A stretch of DNA of 64,000 nt from an uncultured bacterium (GTDB lineage: Bacteria > Patescibacteriota > Patescibacteriia > UBA1558 > GWA2-36-10): assembly GCA_903855135.1 (NCBI GenBank), contig CAINYB010000001.1:2740-66739 (forward strand). Direction: 5' to 3'. Shown piece after piece: positions 38,209 through 48,100 of this stretch. A program made the position numbers and the translations under genes. A model generated the notes under the pieces. It saw only the letters and a list, made by a program, of their open reading frames with translations, made no database searches and was not told the origin of the DNA. The stretch's first letter is position 1, and each line of letters starts with the position of its first letter.

Positions 38209-39456
38209 TTAAGGCCACAAAGCTTTAAACCAACCGCGAATTTTTTCAGTTGTTTCTCTGATAGAAGACAAATTAGGCATAATTGGTCGATTTATACTAT
38301 TATTATGATAAGCCCAAATAACCAAACCTAAGGCCGTAGTAAATTCTGGATCATTTAGTTTATCAATAGCAAGAGTTTTATCAGTAGGTAAACCTAAAAA
38401 AACTGGCAATTTAAAAACTTGTTTAGCTAAATCTGTAACTTGAGGCAATTTAGCTCCTCCGCCAGTCAAAATAATACCTGCAGGCAGTTTACCATTTTTA
38501 GAAACTTTCTTCAATTCTGCATCTGCCATCTTAAAAATCTCTTCCATGCGCGCCTCAGCTATACCAGCAATGTCTTTTTTATAGACATAACTGCCCTTTT
38601 TCTCTTCTTCTGAATATTTATGTAAATCTACTTCGTCTCTTTTAGAAACATCATCAGCTAAGGCCATGGCTTGATCAAGCTTAACCATCTCAGCGGTAGC
38701 AACTGAGGTACGTAAACCGATCGCTAAATCATTAGTCACATGTCCAGCACCAACTGGCAAAACAGCCGTGTGTAACACGTCACCGTTTTCAAAGACCGCT
38801 AAAGAAGTGGTCGAGTTACCAATATTTAAAACTGCCACACCTAATTCTTTTTGCTTATTAGTCAAAACAGCTTCTGAAGTAGCAAGAATTGAAAAAACTA
38901 AATCCTCAATATCAATACCAGTACGATAAATACATTTAGTTAAATTTTTTATTTGTGCTGACAAACCCATGATAATTTGCGTTTCCACTTCTAGCCTGAC
39001 ACCGGACATACCGACTGGATCTTTCAAATCACGCTGATCATCTAGATGATAATTAGTCGGTAAAACATGCAAAATTTCATAGTTTGGCGGTGTAGCAATA
39101 GCTTGAGCGGTCTCTAGTGCGCGCTCAATATCTGATTCTTCCACCTGTGAATTAGCCTTAGCTACCGCAATTACGCCCTTACTATTTAAAGTCTTGATAT
39201 GCACGCCCGAAATACCCACTACCATTTTATCAATATTAATACCGGTCATGCGCTCACATTTTTCTACAGTGGCGGAAATACTAGAAACAGCATCTTCTAT
39301 GGAAACGATACTACCGCGACTAATACCTTCAGCTGGATTTTCTGCTGCACCGATAATACGAAAATCGCCATCAGGCGAAACTTGCCCCATGACAATCCTG
39401 ACACTACTAGTGCCAATATCTAAACCAGTAATAATACCCTTGTTATTATTAACCAT
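38209..39456 (-). CDS. ftsA: Cell division protein FtsA
   Basis: GLDIGTS, PVGMSGVRLE, VTNDLA.GL, LTGGGAKL. Confidence 0.97.
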   Translation of the reverse strand: MVNNNKGIITGLDIGTSSVRIVMGQVSPDGDFRIIGAAENPAEGISRGSIVSIEDAVSSISATVEKCERMTGINIDKMVVGISGVHIKTLNSKGVIAVAKANSQVEESDIERALETAQAIATPPNYEILHVLPTNYHLDDQRDLKDPVGMSGVRLEVETQIIMGLSAQIKNLTKCIYRTGIDIEDLVFSILATSEAVLTNKQKELGVAVLNIGNSTTSLAVFENGDVLHTAVLPVGAGHVTNDLAIGLRTSVATAEMVKLDQAMALADDVSKRDEVDLHKYSEEEKKGSYVYKKDIAGIAEARMEEIFKMADAELKKVSKNGKLPAGIILTGGGAKLPQVTDLAKQVFKLPVFLGLPTDKTLAIDKLNDPEFTTALGLVIWAYHNNSINRPIMPNLSSIRETTEKIRGWFKALWP

Positions 39457-39545
39457 GAAAAAACCTTAAAAAAATATTTTTCGCTCTTATATTATAACTA
39501 AATTTTAGCTTTTTGCCAAACCTAGCCCAACGCCACGAGGCGAGC

Positions 39546-39896
39546 TTAAAATAAATATGGCCAAAAAATCACCACACCAACTACAGCTGCTAACGCAGCT
39601 GCTATCAATACAGCCGCGGCTAATAAGTCTTTGATTTCTTTAGCAAAATGATGTGTGCTGGGTGACAGCATATCAACTAATCTTTCTAAGCTAGAATTAA
39701 AAATCTCCAAAATCAACACCAAGGCAATGACTATTAATAAAATCAAATAATCAAAACCTTGTATTCCTATGTAAGCGGCCAACATAATCACTAACAATCC
39801 AATAATGGAATGAATACGAAAATTTTTTTCTGTTTGCCAAACTTTTTTTAAACCTTTAAAAGCGAAATGGAAACTTTTTAATAAACGTTTAGTCAT
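39546..39896 (-). CDS. dgkA: Diacylglycerol/undecaprenol kinase
   Basis: SF.FA..GL, EKNFRIH, E.FNSSLE..VD, KD..AAAV. Confidence 0.93.
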   Translation of the reverse strand: MTKRLLKSFHFAFKGLKKVWQTEKNFRIHSIIGLLVIMLAAYIGIQGFDYLILLIVIALVLILEIFNSSLERLVDMLSPSTHHFAKEIKDLLAAAVLIAAALAAVVGVVIFWPYLF

Positions 39897-40314
39897 TTTT
39901 TATTTGTTTTAAAATTTTATTTTGCATTTGTTCTTGCTTATTATATTCTACCTCACTCTTTTCATGATCAAAACCCAACAAATGCAGGATGCCATGGGTA
40001 GTTAATAATTTTAACTCGGCACTTAAAGACTTTTTATTAGCCTCTGCTTGGCGTTTGGCTACTGGTAAACAAATCACCACTTCACCTAAAATAGCAGTGG
40101 AATCAAGATTAAAAGACAAGACATCAGTTACTTTATTTTTATGACGATAAACTCTATTTAAATTTTTTATTTCTAATTCCGAAACCAGAGCTAAAGAAAT
40201 AGCTTGTTTTAATTTAAATTTTTTAGCAATAATAGCTTCTAATTTTTTGAGCCAAGAAAAATTAGCTTTTTGTCCTCGCTTATTTAAATAGATAGCGAAA
40301 TTATTATTTGACAT
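39889..40314 (-). CDS. ybeY: rRNA maturation RNase YbeY
   Basis: LNRVYR.K...TDVLSF, LGEVVI, HGILHLLGFDH. Confidence 0.96.
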   Translation of the reverse strand: MSNNNFAIYLNKRGQKANFSWLKKLEAIIAKKFKLKQAISLALVSELEIKNLNRVYRHKNKVTDVLSFNLDSTAILGEVVICLPVAKRQAEANKKSLSAELKLLTTHGILHLLGFDHEKSEVEYNKQEQMQNKILKQIKND

Positions 40315-41366
40315 TATTTTAACAAACTAAAACTATTTAGCATCATTAAATAAGTATTAGCAAAATATGGCTTTGATTCTGTTTCTATGTGATAAGTAAA
40401 TTTAATAAAATAATTATTTACTTTAGCAAATACCGTATAAGCATCAGCTATTTTGCTTTGTAGAGCACTAATCTTTGCTTCTTTACCTAAAGTCAAAGAC
40501 GAAAGAGTAGCACCGTCAGCCTTACTTTGAGCCCAGGCTTGCAAAGTTTGATTTGCTACCACCGCTTCAGCACTAATGCTCATAAAATCACCAGTACCAG
40601 AATCAGGAGTAAACATAATCTCTAAATCATTACCCTCTATTGCTTGGCTGAGCCAATTTTTTGGCTTTAATAAAAGATACTTGACAGTTTGATTACTAAA
40701 TTGAGTAATCAAACTAGAATGCACTAAGGCTTGATTTGATAAAAGTGGATTATATAAATTCATCACTTCCACGCCATCTTTATAACCATCGTTATCAGTA
40801 TCTTCATCGTTATTATTAGTGCCAAAAATTAACTCTTCCTCAACGCTTAAATCATCACTGTCTTGATCAAAATTATTACTTGTCGGTGGTGGTGGCGGCG
40901 GTGGTGGAGTCACTTGTCCATTATTAGCTGGCTCATTGTTATTGCCTTGATTAACTGGCGTGGTGCTAGTGGTGGTTGTGGCCACAACTTCTGGAACTGA
41001 TTGCTCCTCTTCTTTTGGCGGCTCTACAATATTTTGATTATTAGCTTGATTTTGTGTATTATTTTGATCAGTTTTTGCTTGATTATTAGAAACTGATAAA
41101 TTCGCAAATAAAAGCATTGAGCCTACTACAATCAATAAAAAAACCACAAAAGCGATGCTACCCAAAATAATCTTTTGTTTATTGCTTAATTGTTTTTTTG
41201 GAGAAGTCGGTAAAAATTTTTGTGGCATAACATGAATAGCGTCTTGACTAATTACTATTTCTTTTTCTTTACCTATTTCTTGATTAACAATCGTATTAAT
41301 CTCGTTCGACATTTTTTGATTGTCGATTTGAGTTTGATCTTGAAAATTGTCTTGTTCGTTAGGCAT
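40314..41366 (-). CDS. Membrane-anchored protein with Pro/Thr/Asn linker, Ca-binding DxDxDG (TSP3-like) repeats and a possible PsbP-like C-terminal domain
   Basis: TM at about aa 65-90; DQDSDDLSVEEE..FGT, DTDNDGYKDGVEV..LYNP. Confidence 0.75.
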   Translation of the reverse strand: MPNEQDNFQDQTQIDNQKMSNEINTIVNQEIGKEKEIVISQDAIHVMPQKFLPTSPKKQLSNKQKIILGSIAFVVFLLIVVGSMLLFANLSVSNNQAKTDQNNTQNQANNQNIVEPPKEEEQSVPEVVATTTTSTTPVNQGNNNEPANNGQVTPPPPPPPPTSNNFDQDSDDLSVEEELIFGTNNNDEDTDNDGYKDGVEVMNLYNPLLSNQALVHSSLITQFSNQTVKYLLLKPKNWLSQAIEGNDLEIMFTPDSGTGDFMSISAEAVVANQTLQAWAQSKADGATLSSLTLGKEAKISALQSKIADAYTVFAKVNNYFIKFTYHIETESKPYFANTYLMMLNSFSLLK

Positions 41367-41374
41367 ATTTTATT

Positions 41375-42106
41375 TTATTTTGCTAATAAACCATCCCCAT
41401 TGGGATTATATCCATTTTGTACCTCTACCCCATCCAAATAAGTATCATTATCCGTATCTGGATCCAAAGCATTTGTCTGGTGAGTAAAAATCTCCACTTT
41501 ATCATATAAACCGTCATTATCCGTATCTGGATTTACTGGTGATGTTCTATGAATTCTCACTTCATCTTTATCTGATAAACCATCGTCGTCGGTATCTGCT
41601 AGTCTTGGATCAGAACCAAGTCCAGTTTCCTCTGCATTACTCAAACCATCAGAATCATCATCTAAAATCACTTCTGGCTGATTTTGAGTATTATTATTTG
41701 TAGGATTATTTTCAGCTGGCTGATTTTGAGTATTATTATTTGTAGGATTGTCAGTATTTTCAGTACTTTTTTTCGAGACAAAAAAAGAATATGCGCCCCA
41801 GATAACTAGAGTAAGTAATATCAAACCAGATAAAGCAACGAAAACTTTCTTCATAATCGCACTCTGACTATGCTCATCTTCCATCAAAATGGGATTGGGT
41901 ATATTAGGATTTGTAGGCATCGGCGGTAAATTCATAGGACTTGGTTTTACTTGCAATTTAGCAGCTGAAATAGCACTTGGTTTTTCTACAGCACCAAACA
42001 TATCATCTACCGCCGACACTGGTGCTGGCGATGGACTCGCAGTCGTAGGTTGCGAAGAAAAATCTTGACTAGGCGTAGCATCGCCTTTTTTTACATCATC
42101 AAACAT
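41375..42106 (-). CDS. Membrane-anchored protein with four Ca-binding DxDxDGLxD (TSP3-like) repeats
   Basis: DDDSDGLSN, DTDDDGLSD, DTDNDGLYD, DTDNDTYLD; single TM. Confidence 0.8.
   Translation of the reverse strand: MFDDVKKGDATPSQDFSSQPTTASPSPAPVSAVDDMFGAVEKPSAISAAKLQVKPSPMNLPPMPTNPNIPNPILMEDEHSQSAIMKKVFVALSGLILLTLVIWGAYSFFVSKKSTENTDNPTNNNTQNQPAENNPTNNNTQNQPEVILDDDSDGLSNAEETGLGSDPRLADTDDDGLSDKDEVRIHRTSPVNPDTDNDGLYDKVEIFTHQTNALDPDTDNDTYLDGVEVQNGYNPNGDGLLAK
41674..41749. repeat. 34-bp direct repeat, 42-bp period (NPTNNNTQNQP x2)
   Basis: ctggctgattttgagtattattatttgtaggatt at 41674 and 41716. Confidence 0.9.
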
Positions 42107-42118
42107 AGCTCAAATAAT

Positions 42119-45100
42119 TTAATTTTGATTATTATTGTTGTTCATTGGCTGCTGCCAGAGACAAAGTAAAGGAAGGGTGTGATCGCACCGTGGCCATGTA
42201 TTTTCATTCATAGATAAAAATGATCCTCCACTCCAAGTTATGTCAGGATTAGAATTAGGATTAGGACTAATCTTACTGGTCTCACCTAAACGACCCCGGT
42301 TCACACAATCATTTATATATCTAATGTTTTCAAAACTATTCGTATAATCATGACAAAAATTCTCCTCAGAATCCATGTTGCAAATTTCACCACTCATAGC
42401 AATACCAGGATAATAAATGCTTCCATCATATTTGGTACCACTCCAAAAAATGCAACCTTGCGCTGTGCAATCATTTATTGGATTATTCATGGCAGTTTGC
42501 TCACCATTTTCAAGTCTATTAATCGCATTATCTAATGTCGTATCTGTTAAATCCGTCCAATCATCGGCTATCACAGTGCCATTAGTCATCTTATACTCTA
42601 AAGAATTATGTGCTAATCTACTGCCAGCCGAAGTATCAAAGTCAGATAGCCAAGCTTTCCAAATACCTTCTCTAGCTAGGCTATTCTGTGAATCTGCATG
42701 CCATTGACATAAATAATCAGCTGCTGCCAAACCATCAGAGCCACTATAGCCCTTATTTGTTGCTGCGCCCAACAAATTACCATTATATGCAGTGGAAGTC
42801 AGAAATATTGTGGCCCCATCTGACTCGGCTATTTCAGAACAATTACTTTGATTAAAATTACAAGACGCATTACAACTTAAACTACCTTGATCCCAACCAA
42901 AATCTTGGCAAGTTTGGTTGTTTAAATTTGAACCATCGCATTGCTCTGGAGGGTTAATCACCCCATTACCACAGTTGGGTGGTGGTGGTGGCAGTGACTC
43001 TTCATCAGAACAATCGCTAAGATCGAAATTACATTGATTACAACTTAAATTACCATAATCATAATCAAAAGCAGTGCAATCTTTACCCGCTAAGTTAGTA
43101 GTATCACATTCCTCACTGGGATTTATCACTCCATCACCACAACTAGCTGGGCTGGCCACACTGCCATCGCTGCAAACTGGCGTACAAGTATTACAAGTGG
43201 CTGTCTGACCATCCAAACACGAGTACTCCTCTACAACCGTGTTGTTTCCCTCACATGTTTCATAAGGGTCATCTAAAATATGATCACCGCAATAGCCACC
43301 ACACATAGCCTCGGTCAAAATCGGCCATGGCTCATACCAAGTACATTCTATGGAGTTACCATCTGCATCCAAAGAGCCGGCTGGGTAACAGCCACCTAAA
43401 TGCTCATTCCACCAATCCTGGTTATTATCAGGCTCTGGAGTTGTATCACATAAATTTTGGAAACCACCATCGCACTCTTCTGCACCATCAACAACGCCAT
43501 TACCACAACCCAAACTACCCTGTGGTAAACCATTAAAAGAAGCGTTGCATTGTGGATTATTTAAATGAATATGTTCATCTAAGTCTGGAATAGTATAATT
43601 ATTAGGATAGACAAATTCAAAGTTAGCATCTAAAGAATAATTATAACCACCCTCATTTTTATAAAAATAAATACTCGAATTTAAAGGACAGGTGAATCTA
43701 TTGATTTCATCATTCCAACAAGTTTCTTCATCAAAACCATCTGGGCAAGCACTAAAGCGATTCAATGGGTCTACTGGCAATGACATACCTAAAACGTTAG
43801 AAAATTCTTGTTGCCAAGATGGCCAAGGGCTAACTGCTATGTGAGGTACATAAGTACCGGCATTCAATAATGGATAATAAGGCACACAATCACCCCCACT
43901 TGGACACTGACTATCTTGCGTGCAACTAATATTAGCATTATTATTACAGAATTTATAATTATTACTATAGGCTTTTAATTTATTTTGAATACTTAATAAA
44001 TCACCTAAGCGCTGATTATCGCGACGTAATTTATCACCATCAGCGTCACAATTTCCTTGATTTGGGCAATCAAATTTACTAGAACAACTAATACTAGCAT
44101 CGCTACTACAAACTCCCATATTAGAAACATTTGTACTCAAATGTAAATTAGACAACATTTGACTGACAATATCGGCTGTGGACTCTCTTGCTCCAATGCT
44201 ATAAGAAATCATGTAAATATTACTATATACACTACCACCATTTACATCCACCACATTCAAGGCGTTAATATAGATAGTATTACCAACTTTAAGTGCTGGG
44301 TAGCCATCTATCACTTGCGCTTGGCCTGCTATTTCTGGATTTGGTGCATATTTTGTATACCAGTCACTCAAGGCTAAATGTTCTTCATTTTTCATCACTC
44401 GAACGCCTATTACATCCAAAGAAGAAGCTTTAGCAGTGACCGCAATTTCATTAGTCGCCGCTGATTCTCCACCCATGTTATAAGCTGTCACACGATAGCT
44501 ATAGACTTCGTTATTTATAACATTGTTATCCGTAAAATTAATTGGATTTTGATTACCGCTATCAACAGTTGCTATTTTATACCAATCAACTGTGCTCGAT
44601 TTACGATAAATATTAAAACCATCTTCGTTAGTAGCATTATCTGTCCAAGCTAATTTTACGCCATCAGCACTATTATCAGCTAAAAGTAAACTAGTAGGCG
44701 CACTTGGGATAGCAATTGCAGCTAAAACAGTATTTTTAACTTTAGCAAATAAATTTTGCCACCAATAATTTTTTGTATTTTCCTCACTTTTTGCAATAAC
44801 TGTTTGTTTAGGATCAACGATAAAAATAAATTCTCTTAAAGTTTGACCATTAGGTGGCAAAATATTTGGGGAACCTAAATATGGTAATAAGGGCTCATTC
44901 ACTCGACCAGAATCTTGACAATAATAGGTACTAAAATTATACAAATCATTAAAATCATAAGGAAAATTACTAGCTTGTCTTGGCCACGGATGTTCGCATA
45001 AAAACAAATCTACTTGTGCACTACCCAGTGCGCTACCAGCTAGCTCATCGCTAACTTCAACTATTAAGTTAGTTTGACCATTTTTATTTAGCGCTGTAGC

Positions 45101-48100
45101 TAAAATAGTTTGCTGGTTATCACTTTCTAAGTCTAAAAAGTCATTGTTTTCCTGCCAAGCATAATCAGTCATCACCAATGGTGATCCACTAGGATCATAA
45201 GCTATCGCTGTATAACTATGTTGATTGCCACTCAAAGCATCAGCCACATCACCCAGACAATTACTTCTACTACAACTAAATAAATCTGGATTAGGAGCAA
45301 CAGTGACAAAACTCACGCGACACATTTGATTATTTGTCTCAAAAAGCCAAATGTAAGCGTCCATACTACCATTATCATCGCTATCAAAATTTAATTGTTC
45401 AGTAACCAAATTAACACCCATATTACTTTTTACTCTTCCAGAGACTAAAGATAAATACTCAGTACTAGCTTGTAATGGTGAAACTGGATATAAAAACGCT
45501 TTGCTTTTGTCACTATTATTAGTAAAGACAAAATTTGTTTCCACCGGGCAATACCACTGGAAATCTTTCTTGACACAATAACCAGGTAATTCTTCACTGG
45601 CAGATTTTTTATATAAACGCATACCTGCTTCTAGGCTAGCACGATCCATCAAAGTATTAAATTGCACTTCTATGGCTGAATTTAAACAAGCTGGAGTTTG
45701 CGGTTTTGGGGTTGGGACTATTTTTGGAGCTGTATAAACTAAAGTATCTCCAAAATCTACTTCTAATATTGCCTGATCTTCTAATGTATAACTAGACAAA
45801 GAGGCATTAACACGCGTCATACCTTCTGCTTGTGGCCTAATGTCAGCACGATAAATATTTGATGGTATTAAATCAGCTATCCCAGCAGGATTCAAACTCC
45901 AATTATATGGGCTATACGACATTGGGTTTAAAATTTGACCATGAGGGTCACAGGCGTTAGCTGTGCTATATGGAAAAGCTGAATAATTAATCATCGAATC
46001 ATCAGTGGCTAAATAATAGCTTGGGTCAATCTCCAAAGACGTAGGCGTACAAGCCCCATCTTTATTGGTTTGAAAACTCCAGCTAAAAGGTGCGCTGATT
46101 TTATAACCAGCAATATTTTTTAACTCTTGTTTTAACTCTACTTTATAATATGTTTCAGGAATAAAATCACTATGCAAAATAGCGACTCTACGACCATCTA
46201 CCGAAACATCAAAACTAGTAACTAAATTAGCACCAGTAAGTAAAGCACAAGTTGAATCTGTACATTTTTTTATAACAATATTATCATACAAATTACTTTC
46301 TGAAATAGCTGTATTAAAATCTACCCAAACTAAAGCATTTGTACAGGAGCTATTACAATTTGGACCATAATCAACAACTTCTAAGACAGCATCTTTTATC
46401 TTTGGATAAGCATAAGACATAAGGCCGTTTAATTGAGCTTTGACTGTAACTGTAGCTGGTGTACTATTTTCTGTCACCTGTGTGCCCTCAACTTTTACTT
46501 TAGCAATATTAGTATTCTGGGTTCTGAACCAGCCAATATTTGCCTTATCGGCGTTTGAGCCCTCTAAAGACCAAGCCGACCAATTATAATTACTACCACA
46601 AATATTACAATTTCCCCCAATTGGGCTAGCACTAAACTCTCTTTCATGACCAACATAAATATCTGCACTCGGACTATCAGTCGGAGTCACTGCTATGCTG
46701 ACGACTTGGCAAAGATTTTCTTGTGCTCTAAAATGCCAATCATAAGTAGCACCAGACCAAGTCTCACTACCACTAGCTTTATTAAACTCTCCTAAAGCTA
46801 CTTTATACCAACGATTAGGTGTTAAATTTATTCCGGGATTTAAAACAAAACCTTCTTGATTACTATTATGATTAATAATCGTGAGATTAACTGCTATATT
46901 TTCCACACAATCCGCCGAATTAAAAGCACCGCCAGTATTACAAGCAAATAATTTCAAATTACTAGTAGTATTAAAATCTGCATCTTCAACATCAGCGTTA
47001 AACATACCCGTGATATTTGTATCTAAATAAGCGTCGGTTGCGCCTGGCCAAGGAGAAGGTGAAGAAAGATTATGAACAGCTGGATCACAAGCAAGCTCTT
47101 GCAAAGAAAATGGATCAGCAGCAGTGGTGATTGTCCAAGAATAGCTACAAGACAAATCTGCTGGGCAATGACCAAGTGGCGCGCAATAGTTACCAGTTGC
47201 TTCTTGACAACATTCATTACCAGACACACATTGAGTGTTATTAGTGCAAGTTGCCACTGAAAAATTCAAGCCATTGCTGTCTTGAGCACCAACTCTAACT
47301 TTAGTAGGACCAGTCACCGCTCCATTAGGTACCCTGACATTAATCAATTGATCACTCCAAGAATTAATCTCGCTTGAGACTCCACTACTAAAATATACAT
47401 GATCGCTAACATTACCAAAATTATCACCATATAAAGTGACATCAAAAACACCATTGGCTGGACCATTATTTGGGTCCATAAAACACAAGCCTGGACCAGG
47501 AGCACCAATGCTCATATTAAAATTATAGGCATTACTTTGCTCTGAGTCTGAACTACGTATAACTTTGATTTGATAAGGGCCCGATGCCAAATTAGGAGCT
47601 TTGACAACGATGCTATCATTGCGCCAATAATTAGCTAAACATTGAGCTGGAAAATCAAAATCACCCAAGTCAAAAGTACCATCTGGTTTAATGAACCTTA
47701 CGCTACCAGCAATATTACCAAAATTACTACCTATAATAGTTAAATATTGCCCAGCTGGTGCATTATCTGGGTTTATTGAATTGATAATCGGTGCGCCGCC
47801 ACCGGCTACCTCAACACTAAATGGTAGCTCATTACTACTTTTATCAGCAGTATTCTTGAACCAAACACTAAGCTCACCAGCAGATAAATTCGGAACTACT
47901 AAATTAGCTTTTTGAGGATTATCATAAGAAAATGTTCCATTTACTCCGCCAAAAAAGGCACTATCTGTATTATTAAAATTAAAACCATGAGCAACAACTG
48001 CTTCACCAAAACTACCAGAAGTTGGCTCTAATTTACACAAACTAGGTGCTTCTTCGCCAGAATCATTAAAAATCTTAGAATTACTCTCTCTTTCATCTAC

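Noticed and set aside
42119-42830. Diversity-generating retroelement target in the lectin-like C-terminus
   Set aside because: No template/variable repeat pair or reverse transcriptase was seen in the window.
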